64,000 nt of DNA from Chloroflexota bacterium (GTDB taxonomy: Bacteria > Chloroflexota > Dehalococcoidia > UBA2979): contig PBBA01000004.1 of the NCBI GenBank assembly GCA_002716405.1, forward strand, positions 2,482-66,481, in the 5' to 3' direction. Made by a program: the position numbers and the translations under genes. The first letter of the stretch is position 1. Every line of letters starts with the position of its first letter. Under the pieces are notes generated by a model. That model was not told where the DNA came from, did not search any database, and saw nothing but the letters and a program-made list of their open reading frames with translations. Below, piece by piece: positions 49,083-57,706 of the stretch.

Positions 49083-50084
49083 TCATTGAATAACCCAATG
49101 GAGAGGTTCACTTTTACGCCATCGCATCAAGTTTTCAAAAAATCTTTGCGCTGATCTCTCATGATATTTATCAGAGATTGCCGAATTATGTGGAGTTACA
49201 ATTACATTAGGTAGTGTCCAAAGAGGTGAAACTGGTGGCAAAGGTTCTTCTTTAAAAACATCAAGATAGGCACCACCTAGATGTCCCGAAATTAATTTTT
49301 GCGTTAGAGATTCTTCATTAATTACAGGACCACGAGATACATTTATTATTCGGGAACCTTTCGGTAACTTTGACAAACGCTCAGCACTAATCAAACCTTC
49401 AGTTTCATCATTAAGTGGGCAAGAAAGTACTAACCATTCTGCCCTATGTAAAAGATTGTCTAACTCACTATTATCATATATCTCATCGACACCTTCAGGT
49501 ATGTCACTGACATTGCGTCTAATCCCAATCACATGCATCCCAATCGATTTTGCATATCGTGCCACACGTCTCCCTATCTCACCTAAACCAATAATCAACA
49601 ATGTTTGACCACCGATATCAGGAGGTGCGTCATCATAATGAATCGGAGCCCAAACACGCTCGATCTGAGATTCTCTCCAATACTTAAAAGGGCGTCCCAA
49701 CCAAAGTATAGCCGCCAATACATTTAGTGCTATCGGCTCTGCATTGGCACCAGGAGAATTTGTAATTGATATATCTCGATTACTAAGTTGAGGGAAATTT
49801 TTGGGATTTATACCCACAGCAAAAAAATGTAACCATTTTAAGTTTTTTGCACGCGCTAAAGTTTCCAAAAATATATCACGCCTATACCGAATATCATTCG
49901 AAAAAAAAGCAACTTGTACATTACTTAAAATGTCCTCGGGTATTATTTGATCATTATCAACATCAATAATAATGCGAGTTGTTTGTACACCGGGACCTGA
50001 TTCTACTACAGATAATTCCGAATCAAATCTCTCAACAAATTTTTTACTAAGTAGTACACCAAAATCCATTATCTTTTCCTGCAA
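49083..50084 (-). CDS. D-2-hydroxyacid dehydrogenase (NAD-binding), last gene of the selenoprotein operon
   Basis: LLIIGLGEIGRRVARYAKSIGMHVIG Rossmann motif. N.SRGP.I.E..L, YLDVF..EPL and TPH. Confidence 0.8.
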   Translation of the reverse strand: MQEKIMDFGVLLSKKFVERFDSELSVVESGPGVQTTRIIIDVDNDQIIPEDILSNVQVAFFSNDIRYRRDIFLETLARAKNLKWLHFFAVGINPKNFPQLSNRDISITNSPGANAEPIALNVLAAILWLGRPFKYWRESQIERVWAPIHYDDAPPDIGGQTLLIIGLGEIGRRVARYAKSIGMHVIGIRRNVSDIPEGVDEIYDNSELDNLLHRAEWLVLSCPLNDETEGLISAERLSKLPKGSRIINVSRGPVINEESLTQKLISGHLGGAYLDVFKEEPLPPVSPLWTLPNVIVTPHNSAISDKYHERSAQRFFENLMRWRKSEPLHWVIQ

Positions 50085-50096
50085 TATATAACCATA

Positions 50097-51179
50097 TTAA
50101 AATGAAACAATTGGGCGAGTTATAGCTTTCTCAGTAGCCCCCCATGTTGGAACAAAAGTAGCTTTAATACCCACCCCACCTGTAACGATAATAAGTATAT
50201 CTTCAGGTGATATTGCAGAAAATATATGCTCTGATTCTGCAATACCAAGTTCAATACGATTAGCTGTTATTCGAGAAACAGCGTGTGGAGACAACCAAGA
50301 TAAAGGCGTTTTTGATTCATCATACAAAGCTTCTTGAAATCTTTCTCGATCCCAGCCTTGTTCAGAAAGGAATTGTGCAGCTTCAGGGGGAAGAAGAATT
50401 GCAGGTTGACCTCCACCAAAAGATTGCCTTCCCAAATTACCTGCGATGAGCATCGATCGAGACATAGTACGCACCAAATCTTCAGCTGTGGTCTGTGGAA
50501 GTACAACTTCCACACTCCCAACACCTGCTATGACTGTCACCGTACTCTCATCAAGTTTAAATCCTCTTGTAGTATGAAAAGGTGGCCACACACTACCTTC
50601 TTCATTTTCTGCGATTAACCAAGTATATTTACCAGAATGACCATGTGTTGCCATATCACCACTACCGGGAATAGCAAAGGCGATGTTTTGTAAAGCCAAA
50701 CGAATTGCTCGCCCTATAGTTGCATTTGGTTTCGATCCTTGCCCGAGAACATTATGAGAGTTGTTAATACGGAGTTCGTTAATTATTGGACCATTGAGAG
50801 TGATTAGTGGTGCGGCAGCTCCCGTGGTCGTTTGAATGCCGAGAAGATTGAACTCAGGATCTGTCATAGCGTCTAAAGCTGAGGCAATTAATGGAACAAC
50901 TCCAAGATCACAGCCAGCCAAAACTGCACATGCAGCAATATCTCTTAAGTTTGGAATCACAAAGCCTGGGGGAAGTGGCATTTGAGTCGCAGATAATGTT
51001 GGATCCAAACTACCCAGCATTTGGTCAATTTTTTCAGCAGTAGGTGCAATTACAGGTAAACCGTCTGTAAGTCCAGCATTATAAAGTACTATATTAGCAC
51101 TATCTGCACTTGTGAATTCATCTTCAAGGTCAACTAATCGTTCACAGATAGGACGGATATCTAACGGTGGAGTTGTCAT
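50097..51179 (-). CDS. Uncharacterised conserved protein, paralog B of a tandem pair
   Basis: Shares ordered motifs with 51193-52269: TDGLP(V/I), AGC, EFNL.GIQ.TT, LNGPI, G.G...N.TIGRA.RLAL.NI, PG.GD.ATHG, AENE and GG.G......PT.G. No family recognised. Confidence 0.6.
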   Translation of the reverse strand: MTTPPLDIRPICERLVDLEDEFTSADSANIVLYNAGLTDGLPVIAPTAEKIDQMLGSLDPTLSATQMPLPPGFVIPNLRDIAACAVLAGCDLGVVPLIASALDAMTDPEFNLLGIQTTTGAAAPLITLNGPIINELRINNSHNVLGQGSKPNATIGRAIRLALQNIAFAIPGSGDMATHGHSGKYTWLIAENEEGSVWPPFHTTRGFKLDESTVTVIAGVGSVEVVLPQTTAEDLVRTMSRSMLIAGNLGRQSFGGGQPAILLPPEAAQFLSEQGWDRERFQEALYDESKTPLSWLSPHAVSRITANRIELGIAESEHIFSAISPEDILIIVTGGVGIKATFVPTWGATEKAITRPIVSF

Positions 51180-51192
51180 CAGTAACGTCTAG

Positions 51193-52269
51193 TCAGGAGA
51201 AAATAGAACGAACAGGATCACCATTTGCCGTCTCTATTCTACGTGAAACGGTATCAGTACCTCCAAATGTAGGTAACCAACATGAATGTTTACCTGGTCC
51301 CCCAGCTACTATTACATCAATATCATTCCAAGTTTCAGCGACACGAAAACCTTCTGGATGTACTGCACCAGCCGTGCCGCTTCTTCCTCCGTCTAACCAA
51401 TCTTGAGCTTGATCGCTAAATTTGAGTATCGTATTTTCCCAAACAAACTTTTTCACATCGTCTTTAGAATAACCATCGTGAGCTATTTGCTCAGCATGCT
51501 CAGGACCAAAAATTATCATTGGTTCACCTCGACCGCCGATATTATTACTACCAGACTGTCTTAATGATGTGGTCACTGTAGTTAAAAGGCCCTTACCACT
51601 AATGCTTCCATGATCATTAATGTTATGTGGAGCTTCACAAGCTAACACCGTAACAACATTATCATCCTTAGCAAATCCATTTTCCACATGAAGTGGTTCC
51701 CAAGGGTTTGCGGTTTCGTTTTCTGCAGTACAAAAAGAAATTTTTGCTGGTGTACCGTGGGTAGCACGGTCACCATCACCAGGAGTGCCTCCTCCTATGT
51801 TAAGAAGTGCCAAACGTACAGCACGTCCTATTGTCATATTAGATCTAGTGCCTTGTCCAAAACAGTTCGGGCCACTGTTTATCCCTATTTCTTGTGCGAT
51901 TGGACCATTCAAAAGTACAAACACTGCACAAGGGTGTGTAGTAGATTGGATACCATTTAAATTAAATTCATCTTCAGCAACGGCTTGCAATGCAGCAATT
52001 ACAACAGGGAAATATTCTGGACGACACCCTGCCATCACCGCATTCGTGGCAATCCGTTCCAGAGTTGCTTCACCGTTGCGTGGACCCAAAGTTGCGATTA
52101 CATCATCGTTACTCCAATCAACGTACTGACAAATTTCTTCAACACGTGAGCGAGTCGGTGGCACAATGGGTAAACCATCAGTCCATCCTTGTGTTTCAAA
52201 AAAGTCTTGCACAGCTTCTAATGAATCTTCTAGTTCAACAATTGGTGGCAGATCAAGATTAACTGACAT
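51193..52269 (-). CDS. Uncharacterised conserved protein, paralog A of a tandem pair
   Basis: See 50097-51179. A GAGGAA RBS lies 4 nt upstream of the ATG. 13-nt gap to paralog B. Confidence 0.6.
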   Translation of the reverse strand: MSVNLDLPPIVELEDSLEAVQDFFETQGWTDGLPIVPPTRSRVEEICQYVDWSNDDVIATLGPRNGEATLERIATNAVMAGCRPEYFPVVIAALQAVAEDEFNLNGIQSTTHPCAVFVLLNGPIAQEIGINSGPNCFGQGTRSNMTIGRAVRLALLNIGGGTPGDGDRATHGTPAKISFCTAENETANPWEPLHVENGFAKDDNVVTVLACEAPHNINDHGSISGKGLLTTVTTSLRQSGSNNIGGRGEPMIIFGPEHAEQIAHDGYSKDDVKKFVWENTILKFSDQAQDWLDGGRSGTAGAVHPEGFRVAETWNDIDVIVAGGPGKHSCWLPTFGGTDTVSRRIETANGDPVRSIFS

Positions 52270-52333
52270 ATTTCCTCACACACAACTAAGCCCTCTGGGC
52301 AATATATAAACAAAAAGGGTGCAAATTTATAAG

Positions 52334-52855
52334 CTAATCAGCACCCATTAAGCTACTTACTGAAGAAGCAGCATCTGGAACTTTTTTCAACACTTCTTCA
52401 GGATCGATACCTCCAAGCGGATGTTCGATAGTGATAATCCGTAAATCAGGAAAACCCATAGCACGAGCCTGGAGGTGTGCTAACTGAATAAAAGCACTAG
52501 TAGCTAAAGTAACTGTTGGAGTTCCTCTTTTTTCAAGTTCTACTGAAGCGTGGATACTCCACGCTGTGCAAGAACCTCAATCAGCACTCCCAACCATTAC
52601 CCAGTCATTTTCAGCAGCCAACTCGTCAAGTATCGCTGGGTCAGCGGGAGTTGAAACTGGCTTGTGACGAGTCATGGAGTGAATTACTCCATATCGCTGA
52701 CCTAATTCTTCGGCAATAGAAGTCATCACAAGTTCTGCATGTTGTTTCCCATTTTCCAGAACACCAACTATCGATTCCCTTATTTCAGGAAAATCTTCTA
52801 GTTCACCTACAGCTGCAGGTTCTGGAGCAGTAGGGTTATGTAATTCAATAACCAT
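52334..52855 (-). CDS. Predicted selenoprotein with UGSC motif (in-frame UGA = Sec at 52577-52579), 173 aa
   Basis: The track ORF 52577-52885 ends at TGA. The same frame continues ...VMVGSAD-U-GSCTAWSIHASVELEKRGTPTVTLATSAFIQLAHLQARAMGFPDLRIITIEHPLGGIDPEEV... for 80 codons to TAG 52334-52336. A hairpin lies immediately 3' of the TGA. Start taken as ATG 52855, which has AAGGAG 6 nt upstream; the track start was TTG 52885. Confidence 0.75.
52536..52576 (-). promoter_or_regulatory. Candidate bacterial SECIS hairpin directly downstream of the UGA
   Basis: Read on the minus strand: lower stem GGUUCU/AGAACU (6 bp, one G-U), a 5x5 internal loop, a perfect 8-bp upper stem AGCGUGGA/UCCACGCU, and apical loop GUA about 20 nt after the UGA. 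Confidence 0.6.
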
Positions 52856-52917
52856 GTCATTCTCCTTAACGTTACTTGTATCCAAACATAAACCGAAAAA
52901 CTTCTCAAGTATTTATC

Positions 52918-53802
52918 TTAAATACCTATTAAGTTTTCTGGATTTTTACATACCATTTGATGTACTTGATCAGCGTCAAAGCCTACTTCTAAAAGGCATT
53001 CAATCCACATACCCATCCCTAGAGGTGGTGACGGATTATTGATCTGTCCCAAGTCAGTTGAGGCGATAATTTGCTCAACACCAACTGCTTTAATTTGTTC
53101 AGCAATAGATCGTACTGACTCACCATCATCATTCCGAAATGCAGCTAACCCACAGTGTTCAATATATACACCAAGACCTGCAAGTTCTTGTTGAACTTCG
53201 ACAGGAATACCAAATGAAGCATGAGTTATGACACTACGTATTCCACGCTCACGAGCTATTCGCAACAACACCAAAGTTTCTTGAGGTGAAATATGACCAC
53301 TGGCTAAAACAGCATCGTGACTAGCTATTTCATCTAAAATATCATGGCATTCAGGTAACAATTCACCCGCATCATTAAGAATTGGAATACCAGCACCCTT
53401 ACTAAAAAAATTACCACCTCGATCGCGATAAGCTGCTGAATCAAAAGTAGGCATCCAAATTACTGTTGCACCAATAGCAAGAGAGACTGCAACTGCGTCA
53501 GGATTCAAGCCTCCAACTCCCCAATCAAGAGCTACGCTACCATAGACATCTATACCATCAAATTCCGTATCAAGTGCCCAAGCAATAGGTTGTGTCGCAT
53601 AATCATGACTCTTCAGGACCAACCCACCCATCCCAGCTTCGATCGCTGAAACAACTAGTTCACGAGAGTCGGTCCGCCTTTCTGTATAGGGATCTGGAGC
53701 AGCATGAACATGCATATCTATCGCACCGCGTATAATATCCTTTACCTCAGGTCTTAATTCATCTAAGTTCGTTGCTTGTAAAGCTGAAAAAGTCATTTGC
53801 AC
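52918..53802 (-). CDS. Amidohydrolase-fold metal-dependent hydrolase (DUF6282-like by recollection), first gene of the selenoprotein operon
   Basis: N-terminal metal motif IDMHVHAAPD, then GMGGLVLKSH. Further His/Asp positions (ASGH, ITHASF, STDLGQ) are spaced as in TIM-barrel amidohydrolases. Confidence 0.6.
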   Translation of the reverse strand: MQMTFSALQATNLDELRPEVKDIIRGAIDMHVHAAPDPYTERRTDSRELVVSAIEAGMGGLVLKSHDYATQPIAWALDTEFDGIDVYGSVALDWGVGGLNPDAVAVSLAIGATVIWMPTFDSAAYRDRGGNFFSKGAGIPILNDAGELLPECHDILDEIASHDAVLASGHISPQETLVLLRIARERGIRSVITHASFGIPVEVQQELAGLGVYIEHCGLAAFRNDDGESVRSIAEQIKAVGVEQIIASTDLGQINNPSPPLGMGMWIECLLEVGFDADQVHQMVCKNPENLIGI

Positions 53803-53897
53803 CCACCTTTGTTAATATTTTGAAAACATAACAGAATTCCACAGGAATGAGTACTATAGATCCTTGAAAATGATGAAAGTGTAATCCAAATCACAAA

Positions 53898-55079
53898 ATG
53901 AGAAGAACATTAAATATTTTTTTTGTTGCCCTGAAATTAGGCTTTATTTCCTTTGGTGGTCCTGTAGCTCATCTCGGATATTTTCGTGAAACATATGTAC
54001 AAAATTTAGAGTGGCTTGACGATACAACATTCGCAAAGTTGGTTGCTTTATGCCAAATATTACCTGGGCCAGCAAGTAGCCAAGTCGGAATGGCAATTGG
54101 AGCCTTGCGTGGAGGTGTATGGGGAGGATTATTTTCATGGGCCGGATTCACATTACCCTCTGCCGTAGTATTAATATTTTTCGGATTTGCTATAGATAGC
54201 TTTAATTTACAAGATAGTGGGTGGATGGTAGGTTTAAAAATCGCAGCAGCAGCAGTAGTCGCCAATGCATTATGGGGAATGTCTCGCTCATTAACACCAG
54301 ATAGAGCACGTATTACAATAGCGATAATTGCTGCGATTTTATTGCTTTACGAAAGAACAATTATTACACAAATACTTATTCTTGTTGCTGGAGCAGTTAT
54401 TGGATGGAGATTAAAACTATCACCAATTAGTAATTTTAAACCTACTCAAAATCTTCATTGGAAACTAAACAAAATAATCGCTATCAGTTCGATAGTGATA
54501 TTCTTTTTATTGTTGATACTTTTGCCGATTTTGAGAGAATTTTATACTTCACAATACACATCTTTATTCGACAGTTTTTATAGAACTGGCTCTCTAGTTT
54601 TTGGAGGAGGTCATGTTGTATTGCCTTTACTTGAATCAGAGGTGGTCTCATCAGGTTGGTTAAGTAAAGATGAATTCATTGCAGGTTATGGAGTTGCTCA
54701 GGCCATTCCAGGACCTTTGTTCACATTTGCTGCATATATAGGAACAGTGGCAAATATTGAACCAAATGGATTAAGCGGTGCACTTATAGCATTATCTGCT
54801 ATTTATTTACCTTCTTTTTTATTATTAGCTGCTGTTTTACCGTTTTGGCAACAATTTACAATGAACCACAAATTAGAAGCTGCCTATGCAGGGATGAATG
54901 CTGCAGTTATCGGACTTTTGGTGGCGGCTTTTTATAATCCAATATGGACACATACAATCACAACTGCTTCATATTTTTCATTATGGTTAATTGCAACAAC
55001 ACTATTAATGGTTTGGAAAACCCCACCATGGATAGTAGTTTTACTTTCTGCCGTAGGTGGATACGTTTTAGAATTATAA
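53898..55079 (+). CDS. chrA: Chromate transporter (CHR family, ChrA-like)
   Basis: Duplicated CHR domain with FGGP.AH.GYF and a second-half FGGGHVVLPLL. Multi-TM protein. Confidence 0.8.
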   Translation: MRRTLNIFFVALKLGFISFGGPVAHLGYFRETYVQNLEWLDDTTFAKLVALCQILPGPASSQVGMAIGALRGGVWGGLFSWAGFTLPSAVVLIFFGFAIDSFNLQDSGWMVGLKIAAAAVVANALWGMSRSLTPDRARITIAIIAAILLLYERTIITQILILVAGAVIGWRLKLSPISNFKPTQNLHWKLNKIIAISSIVIFFLLLILLPILREFYTSQYTSLFDSFYRTGSLVFGGGHVVLPLLESEVVSSGWLSKDEFIAGYGVAQAIPGPLFTFAAYIGTVANIEPNGLSGALIALSAIYLPSFLLLAAVLPFWQQFTMNHKLEAAYAGMNAAVIGLLVAAFYNPIWTHTITTASYFSLWLIATTLLMVWKTPPWIVVLLSAVGGYVLEL

Positions 55080-55086
55080 CAAACTT

Positions 55087-56331
55087 CTACCAAGCTGCTT
55101 CCATTAAATCAATCGCACCTTGGAGTGCTTGATCTGCATCTCTTAAACCTGAATTGAAATTGAACACTTTGATAGTCTCTTTTGCAATTTCAGGAAAGTC
55201 TTCTTTGGGAATATTTAACTCACTAATTCGAGTTGGCATTCCCACTTTTTTATACAAGTCTTCTATGCCATCAGCGATTGCCAATTTAGCGTCTTCAGCA
55301 GACATACCTGTAGCCCATACATCCATAGCTTGAGCAACCCTACGTGCTGTTTCTAAATCAGGAGCAGGGCTTCTTCGTGCGACTGTGGCTGTAAGGACTG
55401 AAGTAGATTCACCTTGCCAGACATGTGGGTAACGAATGTGTAAAGCAGTAGATATGGCATAGTTCCCTGAAAATGCCTGAGTAGCAGGATTTTGACGACC
55501 TCTGACCTGTTCACCATCATCTTGGACTCTATTACCTAAAAGAGCTGCGACGCATAAATCCATACGTGGCCCAATATCGTCAGGGTTTTCATAAATCCCC
55601 AGGTAACCTCTTTTCAGTAAACGAAGAATATGTTCTTTGTCTCCTTCGACTAAGGGATTAGAGGGAACTGCAACAGCAGCAACTGAACCAGCAAACCCTG
55701 TAGTCGCAGTAGATCTAAATAGTTCATAGGGAGAATCCAATATCGACTCGTGATCAAAGATCAAACCGATTGGGCGGGTTTTTGGATCAAAGTACTCCAT
55801 ACGTTGGTCAAGATCGGGATTAGCTAATCCCGAACCTCCGCGATTCATAGCACCTGTCGGCGTCGTTATAACATTAATAATAGGTAGCTTTGGGGCATTT
55901 AGCCGTGGACTATAAGCAGGTTTACCTTCAGGATACTGAGTCATAATTTCAAAAGGATCGCCTTCTTCACAAAGAAAAATATCAATTACACGTGTTGCAA
56001 CAATCACACTGCCACCGCCAACTGATATCAATAAATCTGCACCTGCTTCCCTGGCAGCTTCAGTCGCTGCCATAACTGAATTGTATGTTGAATCTATTTC
56101 GATACCATCAAAATACCCTGCGAAAGAATCTCCGAGTGCTCCCTTAATACGCTCAATATTTCTTGTTTTACTGGAAATTGACTTAGAACAAATTACAAAA
56201 GGTCTTTTCGCACCTGCTCTAATTACTAATTCCTTCAAACGATCTTCTATAGCTTCTTCTCCGGCAAATAAACGCCAATCAAATCCTCGTGCAGCAAAAG
56301 AATTAATATCGCCCATATAAAGACCTTTCAA
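55087..56331 (-). CDS. Iron-containing alcohol dehydrogenase family protein
   Basis: ..VGGGSVI..A and I..I.TT.TGA are Fe-ADH fold motifs. Paralog of the partial gene at 63562-64000. Confidence 0.7.
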   Translation of the reverse strand: MKGLYMGDINSFAARGFDWRLFAGEEAIEDRLKELVIRAGAKRPFVICSKSISSKTRNIERIKGALGDSFAGYFDGIEIDSTYNSVMAATEAAREAGADLLISVGGGSVIVATRVIDIFLCEEGDPFEIMTQYPEGKPAYSPRLNAPKLPIINVITTPTGAMNRGGSGLANPDLDQRMEYFDPKTRPIGLIFDHESILDSPYELFRSTATTGFAGSVAAVAVPSNPLVEGDKEHILRLLKRGYLGIYENPDDIGPRMDLCVAALLGNRVQDDGEQVRGRQNPATQAFSGNYAISTALHIRYPHVWQGESTSVLTATVARRSPAPDLETARRVAQAMDVWATGMSAEDAKLAIADGIEDLYKKVGMPTRISELNIPKEDFPEIAKETIKVFNFNSGLRDADQALQGAIDLMEAAW

Positions 56332-56364
56332 ATATCGCTCTCAATAGATCCATAGTTAGTATTA

Positions 56365-57654
56365 CTATCCTGATCCAATAACACCAGACTGAATCAATTT
56401 CTCCACATGTTCAGGATCGATGCCGTGCTCGATCAATACTTCTGCACTATCTGCACCTAAAACTGGTGCATGCCTTTGTATAATCGTAGGAGTTTCGGAC
56501 ATTGTTGCTACAGGACCAACAACTTTTTGAGGACCAGTAATTGGATGGATAAGATCTTGCATGATTCCCAATGCAACTACTTGAGGATCTTCTGACATTT
56601 CCTCAGGTATATTCACTGGGGCACATGGCACGCCTGCCGCTTCAAGTTCCACAATCCATTCATCAATAGGTTTAGTCAAAATTATTTCAGCAACTCTATT
56701 TCTTAAATCTTGAGCTGCGACTATGCTAGCCGGATCGTTGGCATCAAATTCAGGATCATCGCTATGATCGTCTGTTATCCCAAGCACTTTTCTTGCAGAT
56801 TGGCGTGTCGCAGGTGTCAAAGCTCCTAATACTAGAAAACGGCCATCTGCCGTCTGATAACCACCATAGTAAGATCGAAAATGCGCTCGCATACCACGAC
56901 CTTTAGCACGAGCAGCTAATATTTCTGGGTACGAAGCTTTATTATCACGTAAGAGTGATATTTCTTCCATCATCCCATCACGTGTTACAGCATCGTGCAC
57001 AGGTTCACGCATTACATTGGTGTCTTGAATTGCCAAACCTGCACGTAACAATGAAGTTTCGATTTTTTGACCTTCGCCGGTTTTTTCTCTATGTAAAAGA
57101 GCGGCATTAATAGAAGTAGCAGCAGAAAATCCTGCACAATAATCTGCGATTGAAGAACTAGTCACACCAATAGGCAAGCCGTTTTCATCAACCTTAGCTT
57201 CGCCAACCATTAAACCTGTATATGCTACACCAACAACATCTGTTCCTGCGCGATTCTTTAGCGGTCCCTCCGATCCGAAACCAGTAATTTCGCAGTAAAT
57301 TAACTTTTCATTCAATTTCTTTAACGATTCGTAATCAATACCTAAGCGTTCTGCTACACCAACACGAAAATTAATTAACACCACGTCATAATCAGGAATA
57401 ATTTGATAAATCAAATCTCGACCATCAGGGGATTGTAAATCAACAACTAAACTACGTTTTCCACGATTAAGGGATTGCCAACGTTTCCCTAACCCTGGTA
57501 TTACAGCACCGGCATTACGATGTGGATCGCCTTTTGGGCCTTCTACCTTAACTACATCTGCACCTTGATCTGACAAGATACAACCACAAAAAGGGGCAGC
57601 AACAATTTGAGTAAATTCCAAAACACGAATGCCTCGAAGAGGACCTGCAGCCAT
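56365..57654 (-). CDS. Family III CoA-transferase (CaiB/BaiF type)
   Basis: N-terminus GPL.GIRVLEFTQIVAAPFCG..L.D.GADV.KVE. and the downstream D....N.RK.S. pattern. Confidence 0.85.
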   Translation of the reverse strand: MAAGPLRGIRVLEFTQIVAAPFCGCILSDQGADVVKVEGPKGDPHRNAGAVIPGLGKRWQSLNRGKRSLVVDLQSPDGRDLIYQIIPDYDVVLINFRVGVAERLGIDYESLKKLNEKLIYCEITGFGSEGPLKNRAGTDVVGVAYTGLMVGEAKVDENGLPIGVTSSSIADYCAGFSAATSINAALLHREKTGEGQKIETSLLRAGLAIQDTNVMREPVHDAVTRDGMMEEISLLRDNKASYPEILAARAKGRGMRAHFRSYYGGYQTADGRFLVLGALTPATRQSARKVLGITDDHSDDPEFDANDPASIVAAQDLRNRVAEIILTKPIDEWIVELEAAGVPCAPVNIPEEMSEDPQVVALGIMQDLIHPITGPQKVVGPVATMSETPTIIQRHAPVLGADSAEVLIEHGIDPEHVEKLIQSGVIGSG

Positions 57655-57706
57655 AATTACCTCACTACACCTTAGAGAAACCCAACTTAACTCTAAGATA
57701 TATAAA

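Noticed and set aside
52577-52579. The TGA could simply mark a pseudogene or a genuine stop, with 52334-52576 non-coding.
   Set aside because: The downstream frame stays open for 80 codons in an AT-rich genome where random frames close quickly. The TGA falls in a U-x-x-C motif. A strong hairpin starts right after it. Otherwise a 240-nt gap would sit inside a tight operon. Pseudogenisation cannot be fully excluded without comparative data.
52516-52719. Plus-strand 67-aa ORF in the track.
   Set aside because: It is antisense to the selenoprotein gene, low-complexity and has no RBS. It is a shadow ORF.
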